Source of the DNA: a virus | Reading direction: 5' to 3' (one strand) | Length of the DNA stretch: 64,000 nt | IMG/VR virus record: IMGVR_UViG_3300035701_000011 | Location: 1 to 64,000 of that record | In this document: positions 9,242-18,997 of the stretch, one piece after another | Layout: every line of letters starts with the position of its first letter | Position numbering within the stretch: the first letter of the stretch is position 1 | The notes under the pieces: model-generated | Databases searched by the model: none | What the model was told of the DNA's origin: nothing | The model's input: the letters and a program-made list of their open reading frames with translations, nothing else | Translations under genes and position numbers: made by a program

Positions 9242-10900
9242 ATGATTAAAAAATATCATATAGAAAATACCGACGAAACTTATTTAAGGATATGGCAAAA
9301 AATAAATTTAGGTAAAGAAATTTTGGTTAAAGAATTTTTTGAGGAAAATAAAGTAAATGAAAGTGATGAGAGTTATAGATTAAATGTTTGTCAATATGAC
9401 CCGAATACCCGACTTTTTTATTTAGGTGGTTTTTTATATTGGGTTACTTCTGATGAGGCAATTTATAATTATCTTGATACAGGCCGGGCGGTTAGTTTAT
9501 ATGAGAGAAGTCATTATAGTAATGATAATATAGCGAATTTTTACATATACAATGATTTACTTATTACGGATAAGGATATAATAGATTTTGAAAATTATAA
9601 AGATAAGAAAAATTTAAGTTTAAAAATTTTATCCGAAACTGATACCGAAAAAGTAAATTTAATTTTTAACGAGGATTTAGACAAAATTAAAAGCCGATTA
9701 GCAGAAATCCGAGCCGAAGAAGAACAGATAAAAAAATCAGAAGTAAAAGAAAAAATAGATAATACACAAGAAGAAGAACGATTAGTCAGTTTGATTAGGC
9801 AATATGATAAAATGACTTTATTAGAAGATACAGAGACAATAATTAAGGATAATTATTTTATAGATAAAGACGAGGGATTTAAAATTGAATTTAAAGATAA
9901 AGTTGTAAAACTTTTTAGTAAAAATGATTTAGTAAGTGAAAGTTATTATGGGGGTAATTTTATACAGATAAATTTTAGAAATTTTTTAGATAAATTAGAG
10001 AGAGTTTATAGTCAAGGAAAATACGCCGAACCGATAGAGGAAAAATTAAAAGGATTAAATAAAAAGTGGTTAAGTTTTAAGATTTATTCTTATGATAAAG
10101 AAACAAAAGCCGAAGTATTTTTAAAAGAAATAAAAATAGAAAATAATGTTAATGATAAAAGTAAAAGAAGATTTAAAGTAAATGGCGTAAAAATGCCGAT
10201 ACAAAAAATGGCTAAAGTATTAGAGTTTATTTTAGCCGGGCGTTACGGACACGAAAGGGAAACGACAATAGAGAGATTAACTAACCTTGAAAAGTATTTA
10301 GAGCAGATTAGGTTATATAGCGGAACGCAATTAGAATTATTACAGGGTAAGACCATAGAAATAACTTTAAGTGGAGTTAGAATACCTATACATTTTAATA
10401 TAATGGCAGAGGATAAAGACCGCTGGGAAATTAGTATTGACGATTTTAAGGTAAAGAGAGATTATACCGCAGTAAAAGATAGTTTTAGGTGGTTAAGAGG
10501 TGGTGGTTTGACCGCTATTAGTAAAATTTGCGATACGCTAAAGGCCGGGCAGAAATTAGAGGACATTTTAATAGGTAAGGTAAAAGGTTATGTAGAGAAA
10601 CGCAGATTAGCCGAAGAAAAGGCAGAGAAACTATTTGCAGAATTTTTAGAAAAGAATAAGACCAGAGTATTTAAAAGAGAGGGTGGTTATATTGTAAAGG
10701 GTAAGTTAAAGAATTATTTAGTTAAGATGAAAAATGACGAGGACTGCGGAGTTTGGAGTTACCCGAATAACGAGTATGTATGTATAAATGAAAAAAGTAG
10801 AGCCGGGCAATATCTTTGTAAGGCAGATAAATTATTGCAGTTTTGTCTTGTTATGCTAAACGACGGAAATTTACGCAACGAAATCACAACGATACATTAA
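9242..10900 (+). CDS. 552-aa protein with C-terminal Cys-containing domain; candidate partner of the Ubl/E1 pair
   Basis: C-terminus AEEKAEKL...YIVKGKLKNYLV...PNNEYVCI...DKLL...MLND resembles (from recall) the domain at the C-terminus of DUF4132-type proteins. Confidence 0.55.
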   Translation: MIKKYHIENTDETYLRIWQKINLGKEILVKEFFEENKVNESDESYRLNVCQYDPNTRLFYLGGFLYWVTSDEAIYNYLDTGRAVSLYERSHYSNDNIANFYIYNDLLITDKDIIDFENYKDKKNLSLKILSETDTEKVNLIFNEDLDKIKSRLAEIRAEEEQIKKSEVKEKIDNTQEEERLVSLIRQYDKMTLLEDTETIIKDNYFIDKDEGFKIEFKDKVVKLFSKNDLVSESYYGGNFIQINFRNFLDKLERVYSQGKYAEPIEEKLKGLNKKWLSFKIYSYDKETKAEVFLKEIKIENNVNDKSKRRFKVNGVKMPIQKMAKVLEFILAGRYGHERETTIERLTNLEKYLEQIRLYSGTQLELLQGKTIEITLSGVRIPIHFNIMAEDKDRWEISIDDFKVKRDYTAVKDSFRWLRGGGLTAISKICDTLKAGQKLEDILIGKVKGYVEKRRLAEEKAEKLFAEFLEKNKTRVFKREGGYIVKGKLKNYLVKMKNDEDCGVWSYPNNEYVCINEKSRAGQYLCKADKLLQFCLVMLNDGNLRNEITTIH

Positions 10901-10912
10901 AAAGGGGGATAT

Positions 10913-11074
10913 ATGGAAGGAAAAAAGATATTATCAATAGACGAAATGACCGAGAAAATAGAGAGATTAGGGCATAGGGCGGTTTGGAATTTGATAGAAA
11001 AGATAGGGAATTGGCAAGACCGAATTGCATATAGACAATTATTCTTTCTGACCGGGGGCAGTTTAGATGATTAG
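10913..11074 (+). CDS. 53-aa protein not in ORF track
   Basis: RBS AAAGGGGG; MEGKKILSIDEMTEKIERLGHRAVWNLIEKIGNWQDRIAYRQLFF...; similar to C-terminus of ORF 20404. Confidence 0.65.
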   Translation: MEGKKILSIDEMTEKIERLGHRAVWNLIEKIGNWQDRIAYRQLFFLTGGSLDD

Positions 11075-11078
11075 GGGC

Positions 11079-11108
11079 TTGACAGATAGCAATAAGGTAT
11101 GCTATACT
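11079..11108 (+). promoter_or_regulatory. sigma70 promoter TTGACA-N18-TATACT for the Ubl-E1 unit
   Basis: Consensus -35 and TG-extended -10. Confidence 0.8.
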
Positions 11109-11143
11109 TATAGTAGAAGATACAAAAAAGAGGGGGTGTTAAA

Positions 11144-11341
11144 ATGATTAGGGTAATAGTATTAGATGAGAGTGGAGATACAAGGTTAGAAGTGGCAACG
11201 ATAGACGAATTAAAGGCAAAGGTTGACTTAAAAGATAAGTTTATTTTTGCTGATAATAAGTATATCAACGAAGTTACTCTTGACGGAATTACTCAATTAC
11301 CGAGAGAAATAGTAGTTACCGAAAGACTAATTGGTGGCTAA
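11144..11341 (+). CDS. Ubiquitin-like (beta-grasp) protein with C-terminal Gly-Gly
   Basis: 65 aa, N-terminal beta strands, ends ...VVTERLIGG-stop, immediately upstream of a ThiF gene. Confidence 0.75.
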   Translation: MIRVIVLDESGDTRLEVATIDELKAKVDLKDKFIFADNKYINEVTLDGITQLPREIVVTERLIGG

Positions 11342-11432
11342 ATTCTCTCGTAAGGGTTGACCTAAACGAGTGGGGTTAGCCGAAGAAGTTATAATCCCAC
11401 TCTGTCTTTATAAAAAATTAAAGGAGTAAAAG

Positions 11433-12023
11433 ATGAAAGATAATCTAAAAATAGCAGTAATAGGATTAAACGGAATAGGTAGTTATTTTGTCAGGGGTTT
11501 ATCCGAGTTAATTAAAAAAGATGTGGCCGGGCTTGACAGAATAAATGTTATGGGTATAGATTTATTTGATTTTGATACCATAGAAGAAAAGAATTTTAGT
11601 TATACCATTTATGATATTGAGCATATTGGAAGAAATAAGGCAGAAGTAATGGCAGAAATGACAGGGTATAAGGCAAGAGCCGAGAAAATAGAGAGAGCCG
11701 AGCAGTTAGCCGAGTATGACCTTGTTATTATGGCAGTAGATAATAATGAAGTGCGAAAAATTGTTTATGAGGCCGGGAGACCATTTATTGATTTAAGGGC
11801 TAAAGGTAAGGCAGTTATGGTATATTTGACACAAAAAGACGATATAGAATACCTTAATTTGACAAAAGATACAGGGGAAAAGGGCGGTTGTCAGTATGAT
11901 AGGGATATAGAAGAAAAGACCATTGAACTTGGAAATCGTGTGGTTGCGGAATTAGGTTTGCAGTATTTAATTGACTATTGTAGGGGTAAAATAGAAAAGA
12001 AGAATACGATTTTAATGATTTAA
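11433..12023 (+). CDS. ThiF/E1-like adenylyltransferase
   Basis: IAVIGLNGIGS, DFDTIEEKN, IGRNKAE, DLVIMAVDN..VR; candidate catalytic Cys in GGCQ. Confidence 0.9.
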   Translation: MKDNLKIAVIGLNGIGSYFVRGLSELIKKDVAGLDRINVMGIDLFDFDTIEEKNFSYTIYDIEHIGRNKAEVMAEMTGYKARAEKIERAEQLAEYDLVIMAVDNNEVRKIVYEAGRPFIDLRAKGKAVMVYLTQKDDIEYLNLTKDTGEKGGCQYDRDIEEKTIELGNRVVAELGLQYLIDYCRGKIEKKNTILMI

Positions 12024-12748
12024 AAAAAGGGGTAGAAATGAAATTATCTAAAAAAGTTTTAATTCCGAAAGAAGTATTAAAAGATAAACAATATAATGCT
12101 ATTAGTGATTATTTATCAGATAAGTTTGGTTTTTGTGTTAATTCTTTTGAATTAAAAGGTAATTATGCAATTAAAATAAATTGGGATATAACTATTTAAA
12201 AAAGGGGGTATAAAATGCAAAGAAACATAGTGAGGTTAGCATTAAAGTTAAAAAAAGAACTGCAAGAGGATATTCTTAATAGATATGATAATAGCGAGTA
12301 TTGGGAAACGCAGGTTGCAGATGATTTTTATAAGGATAATAAAGTAAATGATGATGAGGCACAAAAGATTATAGAGATTTTAGAATTATAATTTTTTAGA
12401 GTAAAGCGAAAGTAGGGAACATAAAATTTTAGGGATAATACCCTAAACGAAGAAATCTCTACCACTCTAAAAATTAAATAAAGAGGTTAAAAATGAGAAA
12501 GATTAGAGAAATTTTAGGGTTACCCTTTATGTTTTGTGGATTTATTTTAATTGCAGTAGGTATGATTATTAGTTTTGGATTTAGAACTTTTGAGGAATTT
12601 TCTGATGAATTTAATAAGCATTTTAATTAAAATGAATAAGACCAGAATAATACTCAAAAATAATTTTTTAAATCTACCCGGGAAGATGCTTCATTATAAT
12701 TTTTTTCTCTTCCCGGCCACAATAAAATTTTAAGAAAAGGAGTATAAA

Positions 12749-13135
12749 ATGGTAAAAATGGCAAGTATCAAAAAGGTAAAAACATACGAAGATTTAGAGG
12801 CATTAGGAATTGGTAGAGTTTATTGTGATATATCTTATAGGGGTGGTGGCATTGGTTTTTATGCCGAAGATGTAGCAAGGGCGTTTGATGTTAGCGATTA
12901 TCAATTACCCCGACATTTTGGGGCAGGTTGCAATTATTTAGGCGGTGGTTTAAGGGGTAGTATCTTTGCAAGTGATTTTTCTAAAGAAATTACAGGTAAG
13001 AAAAGGCAGTTATTGGAAGCATTGGCAGAAGCGTGTGTTAGGGCATATGAGAGTTGTGAAAATGAGGGTGAAATTGAAGATGACCCTATAAATACAGGAA
13101 TTGGCCGGGTAAAAGGAGTAAAAAGTGCATATTAG
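12749..13135 (+). CDS. Hypothetical Gly-rich protein
   Basis: RBS AAGGAG. Confidence 0.7.
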   Translation: MVKMASIKKVKTYEDLEALGIGRVYCDISYRGGGIGFYAEDVARAFDVSDYQLPRHFGAGCNYLGGGLRGSIFASDFSKEITGKKRQLLEALAEACVRAYESCENEGEIEDDPINTGIGRVKGVKSAY

Positions 13136-13173
13136 AAGACAGACCGGAAGAAAATTTTTTTAGCACGGGGAAA

Positions 13174-13485
13174 ATGATAAAATTACCTATATATAAAGGC
13201 AAAGCATACCGAGTAGAGAGTAATCTTTTATTTGGTGGTAAGACCATTTTAGATGTGATTAAATTTGAAGAACAAGAATTGGGTAATAAACAAGATTATA
13301 AACATCTTTCTTCAAAATTAAGAAAAGAATTATCTAAAATTCCTGCCGATAGATGTATTTGGGTTTGTAAAATAAAACAAGACGCAAAGATATACGGAAC
13401 TCCCGAAGAAATACAATTAGGTAAAAATCCTAAAATAATCGCATACGATTATTGTGGGGGATATTTAGTATTAAAAACAAAATAA
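13174..13485 (+). CDS. Hypothetical protein
   Basis: ORF with RBS. Confidence 0.6.
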   Translation: MIKLPIYKGKAYRVESNLLFGGKTILDVIKFEEQELGNKQDYKHLSSKLRKELSKIPADRCIWVCKIKQDAKIYGTPEEIQLGKNPKIIAYDYCGGYLVLKTK

Positions 13486-14196
13486 TAATTAAGGAGGAAC
13501 AATGTTAAAAAAATTTTTTATAAATCTTTATAGGAGGTTAGATAATTTTTTAACAATGATTTGTAGAGAAATTAGCCAGAGGAGGATATAATGAAAAAAG
13601 ATAGAATACATTACGAGGTTTTTACTTCTGATTATAAAACAGGCAGAACGGAAACAATAGCGAGTTTTGATACTTTAAGACAAGCAAAAATATATAGAAC
13701 TAAATTAGCAAAAACAGGATATTGTAAAAAGAACGAAAAAAGTTTATACATCGATAAATGGATAAATGAAACTCCTTATAATGTAAATTGTTAATAAAGA
13801 AAGAGAGGACATTATGCGTAAAATAGGTAGTTTATTTGAACTTGCAGAAAAAAGGTTGATGAGAGAAAAAAAGTTAGGAATAATCCCTTGTTATACCTTG
13901 TCAGATGTAATAGAGTATGCAATTTTGATAAGAAAATGGTTAGATAATAACCCGAACCGAATAAATAAAATTATGAAATTGACCCGGGAAGAGTTAAAAA
14001 GAAATCACAGGGAAAGTCAGAAAAGATACGCATTAAAAATAAGGAAATAAAATGATTAAAATAACTAAATTTTGTATTGGAAAAAAGAAAAAATATAAAG
14101 GAATAGCCATAAAATTATTGTGGTTTAAATTTGAAAGAATTGGATTTGGAAATAAATTTATGTGGAGATTTGAATTTACTAATTGGGAAGAATAGA

Positions 14197-14217
14197 AATC
14201 AGGATTTATGTTATACT
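14197..14217 (+). promoter_or_regulatory. Extended -10 promoter AATCAGGATTTATGTTATACT
   Basis: Identical 21-mer at 15650-15670; variant at about 22247-22268. Confidence 0.7.
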
Positions 14218-15649
14218 TCACTAGTTAAACACAATATAAAAGGAGAAGAAAGATGTTATATAATATAGTTAGAAACGGAAAGTGTTTAAGTTGTGGACAA
14301 TTATCAAGTATGTTTATAGCCGAAGCAGAAGCAAAAAATTCTGAAGAAGCAATAGATATAGCAAAAAGCCATTGGATAAACGAAAAATATGGCGACGCAG
14401 GAAGTTTAAGAGAAGAAGAAATTAGAGAAGAAGATGAATTTTTACAAGGAGATTTTGTAGCAGAAAAAGTAAATTAAAATGAAATATCACGCAGGAGTAA
14501 TTTTAAAGACAGGCGAAGTTAAAGGCAGGGCTTTTGAAGATAAATCAAGTGCGGAAGCATATATCCTTGATTTAGCCGAGAAAGAGGATATAAAGCAGGG
14601 TAGGATAAGAAATTTAAGCACAGGTGAGGAAGAAGTAATAAACTTTTAAAAAGAAGAATAAGATGAAAAAGAAATTTAGAGTAAGTTATAGTGAAATAGT
14701 GCATTACGAGGCAACGATAATAAAAGCACAGGACAAAGACGAAGCAGATGAAATTTTTAGAAATATGTTAGATAATGGTGATATTGAAGTAGATGAAACC
14801 AAGATTGAACATTTTGATATTGAAGAAATTGAAGAAACAGAATAAATAAAATAATAAAATGATACGACTAAAATGCTCTAATAAAAGTTGTGCTTATTGT
14901 TATTCAATTTCTGTAAAAGAATTTGAAGAATACAAAGATACTTACCATAATTTTTGTATGATTTGTGGCAGTAAATTAGAAGTTACTAATCTGGAAGAAA
15001 TTGTTGCTAAAGATATTTATAAAAGAGCAGAAGAATACATAAATAAATGGGTAGCGGATTTGGGGTGGGATAGAACTTTAGATTTAATAGAAAAAAATAA
15101 AGACCAAGCGTGTTATAGAATTTATAAAGAAATACTTGAGAAAAGGGGATTTAAGATAAAATGACAATAGGATATTTTGGGAGAGCATTTAATTTTAAAC
15201 ATAAATCATTAACTACGAAAACGCATATAGTAAATAATGACAGGGTATTATGCGGATATAAACCTCATAAGACATTAAGTTTTCAATGGTGTATTATAGG
15301 GGTAGGAATAAATAAATTAGATATAGTAGAGTGTAAAGAGTGTAGAGTAAGAGCCGAAAAATTATTACAAAAGGAGAAAGTAAAATGAAATACTTTTTAA
15401 TAAAAGTAGAAATCAGAGATGGTGAAATGGAATATAGAGAAGCAATTACTATAAGGGCAAATACTCTTGATGAAGCAGGAAAAATAGCCGATAAAAACCT
15501 TAAAAAAGAATTTAGTTATGGTAAGGGAGATTATCGGTTATTTGAAGTAGCAAGTATTCAAGAAATTAAAGAAAATGAAGCAAAACTATTATCTAATTTA
15601 GGATTAAGTTATGTTGTTAATTAGATTTAATTCTTATTTAGTTAAATAT

Positions 15650-15670
15650 AATCAGGATTTATGTTATACT
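15650..15670 (+). promoter_or_regulatory. Extended -10 promoter AATCAGGATTTATGTTATACT
   Basis: Second identical copy. Confidence 0.7.
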
Positions 15671-16537
15671 ATAAGAAAGAGAGGAAAAGATGAATAAATG
15701 TATTATTTGTGGATACAATATAGAAACTTTACAAGATGAAAATGCGGTAACTTATAATGGTAAAGACGGATTTATGTGCGAGAAATGTTTTACAAAAGAT
15801 ACAAAAAAAGAAAATATAAAAATTATACCCACTTTTATTATTAAATGTAATGAACCGATAAGCAAAGAAGCATACGAAGTTTTAGTGCAAGAAATAAGCG
15901 AGTGGACAGCAGAAAATAATCTTTATTTAGATGATGTAATAGAAGAAAAGGAGTAAAAAATGCCTAATACGACTTGTATAAAATGTGGTAAAATGGCTTA
16001 TGAATTAAATGATGAAATAATTTGTTTAAAGTGTAATAAACCCGAAAAACAATGTACTTGTTGCACAATTCATTATGAATTAAATAATAATAGAGAAACA
16101 ATAAAAACTATTAAACGCCACTTAAAAGGAATTGAAATTGCGGTTAAAAAATTAGAAAAGGAGTAATTATGGCAAAGAAAGTTAAATGGAATTATGCAGT
16201 TGTTAAGAGTATATTTGGTGATTATTGGGTAGGGAAAACAAAATTAAAGGCAGATGAGATAACAATTTTTGCGGATATTGAAGATGTTATTAAACAGGTA
16301 GAAGAACAATTTTTAGATGAACATATTGATTTTGACCCTAATTTAGATGAAGATGATGAAAATTATGATGATGAATTAAATTATAAGTTTGAGGAAATAA
16401 GAGAACACGCAGAAGAACCCGATGAAATTACAAAAGGAATGGAAAAATTTATTGTAAAGAATTATTAATAATAATTTAAAAACCTTAATTACTTCTCTGA
16501 ACTAAAAAAGAGAACTCATTAAGGCAAGAGATTTAAG

Positions 16538-16587
16538 ACCTATTTACCCAAGAAATTGGCTCAATAGAGGGGTAGATAGGTTTTTTT
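16538..16587 (+). terminator. Intrinsic terminator-like hairpin ending the early region
   Basis: ACCTATTTACCC / GGGTAGATAGGT followed by a T-run. Confidence 0.6.
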
Positions 16588-16622
16588 ATTGTATAAATTA
16601 CATTTTAAGATATACTTATAAC

Positions 16623-16697
16623 TAGGTAATAAAGTAGGTAATAAAGTAGGTAATTTGGCTTAAAGTAGGTAAAATAAGAGATTATTACCCACTTTAT
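16623..16697. repeat. Direct and inverted repeats of TAAAGTAGGTAA
   Basis: TAGGTAATAAAG x2 plus a partial copy, another copy at 16661-16672, inverted copy at 16683-16697. Confidence 0.8.
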
Positions 16698-16722
16698 AAG
16701 ATAAGGGCAAGAAAGGGCTACA

Positions 16723-16974
16723 ATGACCAAAAAACAAGGCAAAAATAGAGGCATAGAGAGTTTATTGGGCTATTTAGATGAGCAAATAAATGGTTATTAT
16801 CAAAAGACAGGAAATTATCCGATTAAATTAATTATAAGTAAAGAAACAAGAGATAAAATATTTGCTGAATTAAATTTAGAGCCGACATTAGATAATTGCT
16901 GGTTTAATAAAAAAGACAATTATAGAAATATAAAAATAGAAATATCTAATATAGAGCAGATAAAATTAGAATAG
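16723..16974 (+). CDS. Hypothetical protein
   Basis: ORF preceding the RuvB-like gene. Confidence 0.55.
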   Translation: MTKKQGKNRGIESLLGYLDEQINGYYQKTGNYPIKLIISKETRDKIFAELNLEPTLDNCWFNKKDNYRNIKIEISNIEQIKLE

Positions 16975-16983
16975 GAGAAGTAT

Positions 16984-17979
16984 ATGTTTGATTTTGATTT
17001 ATTAGGTATGATAGTAGGAATGGGAGATTTATTATTGGAAAAGGTGGGATTAAAAAAATCTGAACAATATCATTCTGAACAGATAGAACCAGTTAAATTT
17101 GATTTCACGCCTACTAATCTTGATGAATATATCGGTCAAATCAATGCAAAATTAAGAATAAATACTTATATCAAAAAAGTTATGACAATAAAACCTATTC
17201 ATTTATTGATTAGTGGAACAAGAGGACACGGGAAATCAACCCTTGCTTATATTATTTCTAATTTATTAGGATTGCCGATAGATACTTATGTTGGTGGGTC
17301 ATTTACAAAAGAAAATCTAATAAAATTTTTAGCAAAAAGTCAAAATGACCACAATAATTTACATATTCTTCTTATTGATGAAATTCACGGATTGGAAAGA
17401 GAAGTAACCGAATATATGCTTCCAATACTTCAAAGTTTTATACTTCCAGAAGGAAATTTAAAATTAAAAAAATTTATAATGCTTGGTTGTACTACGAATT
17501 TAGAAATATTACAAAAAAAAGCAGAACCCTTTGTTGATAGATGTGATACCATTGAATTAGAGTGTTATACCGCAAGTGATATAAAACAAATTCTCAAACA
17601 ATATAATGATAAATTGTATCATAAAAATATTCCAGACGAAATATATGATAAAATTTCTATTAATACAAGATATAATCCGAGAACAAGTTTATCGGTTTTT
17701 GAGGATTTTCTTGTAGAAGAAAATATAGAACGAGTTTTGGGGGGTAGACAAATAATAAAAAATTCCTTAACAGTAAAAGATATTATTATATTAAAACATC
17801 TAATTGAAATAAACAAACCCGTAGGAGTAGAAGTATTATCGATATTAACTCAACAGACTAAACAAACATATATGGAATTACAAGAACCATTTTTGATACA
17901 ACAGGGATTTATTTCTCGCACAGCGAGAGGTAGACTTGCCACAGAAAAGGCAAAAAATTTCTTACAAGAAATAAAATGA
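16984..17979 (+). CDS. ruvB: RuvB-like Holliday junction branch-migration AAA+ ATPase
   Basis: P..LDEYIGQ, GTRGHGKST, IDEIHGL, EPFLIQQGFISRTARGR. Confidence 0.85.
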   Translation: MFDFDLLGMIVGMGDLLLEKVGLKKSEQYHSEQIEPVKFDFTPTNLDEYIGQINAKLRINTYIKKVMTIKPIHLLISGTRGHGKSTLAYIISNLLGLPIDTYVGGSFTKENLIKFLAKSQNDHNNLHILLIDEIHGLEREVTEYMLPILQSFILPEGNLKLKKFIMLGCTTNLEILQKKAEPFVDRCDTIELECYTASDIKQILKQYNDKLYHKNIPDEIYDKISINTRYNPRTSLSVFEDFLVEENIERVLGGRQIIKNSLTVKDIIILKHLIEINKPVGVEVLSILTQQTKQTYMELQEPFLIQQGFISRTARGRLATEKAKNFLQEIK

Positions 17980-18181
17980 AAGAACATATAACAATAACTA
18001 TAAAAAATCTTGATAATATTCATAGTGTATTGGGAAGTTTAGAATTACTTTTTAAAAAATTAATGGAATATTATGCAGATAAAGATTTAAACAATTTAAA
18101 GATACTTATAATAAGTTGTAGTGTATGGTTTGGTATGATATTGCAGAAATTTGGTTATGATAAAGATTTAGAGGAAAAATA

Positions 18182-18991
18182 ATGGATATACTTATTAAAT
18201 ATAAAGAATATTTAAAAGCAAGAAATCAATCAATGGTTTATTATAATTATATTAAACTATTCTTGACTTATTGTAACAGTAAACAAATAAATTATTTAGA
18301 AATTAATCAACAAATTATAACAGATTTTTTTAATGGAAATAATTATTCTCCTAATAGTAAAAATAATTTTATTAAAGCAGGTAGGTCATTCTATAATTTT
18401 TTAAATATACCGAGAGAAAATAATGAATGGTTTAAAATCCGTATGTTAGAAATCGCCAGAAAAGAAATAGAAGTTATAGATTTAAAAGATATTGAAAAAG
18501 TTGTTAAAAGTGTTGCTACTTATAATTCAAGATTAAATGCAGATAAGATAGAAATTATCTTACTTTTAATGTTCTATACTATTATTCGTAAGAGTGAATT
18601 ACTTTCTTTAAAGCGACAGGATATAGATATTGTTAATGGTGAAATGAAAATATATGAACAAAAAACAAAACAAGAAAACATTATAGATTTTCCATTAAAT
18701 TTAATACCAAAAATAATTGCTTATTTTAATGCCTATCCAGAAGAAAATAATGCATTTAACATAACTTTTGCAGAAATAAATTATTTATTTAGAGGAGTTA
18801 TGACCAAAGTATTAGGAAAAAAATGTAAACCACATCTTACAAGACACGGGGGAATTAGGTATTTATTAAGTAAGATACCGCCCCAAGATGTTCAATCAAT
18901 GGCAGGGCATAAAGATATAAGGACTACTTTGCAATATGGAATTGTGAATAGAGAAGAAAGAAAGAAAACTTATAGACAAAAGATAGGATAA
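18182..18991 (+). CDS. Tyrosine recombinase (Xer/integrase family)
   Basis: R(IRKSE), HLTRH, GH(AGHKDIRTT), catalytic Y. Confidence 0.92.
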   Translation: MDILIKYKEYLKARNQSMVYYNYIKLFLTYCNSKQINYLEINQQIITDFFNGNNYSPNSKNNFIKAGRSFYNFLNIPRENNEWFKIRMLEIARKEIEVIDLKDIEKVVKSVATYNSRLNADKIEIILLLMFYTIIRKSELLSLKRQDIDIVNGEMKIYEQKTKQENIIDFPLNLIPKIIAYFNAYPEENNAFNITFAEINYLFRGVMTKVLGKKCKPHLTRHGGIRYLLSKIPPQDVQSMAGHKDIRTTLQYGIVNREERKKTYRQKIG

Positions 18992-18997
18992 ATTATT

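Larger units (their letters stand above)
13591..16468 (+). other. Cluster of about 13 small hypothetical ORFs (13591, 13814, 14253, 14663, 14859, 15161, 15385, 15690, 15960, 16169 and others), several with CxxC pairs
   Basis: Tightly packed co-oriented ORFs with RBS. Confidence 0.7.

Noticed and set aside
11433-12023. ThiF as a thiamine or molybdopterin biosynthesis gene
   Set aside because: No thiG/moaE or other pathway genes in the window and it lacks the paired CxxC zinc motifs; not fully excluded
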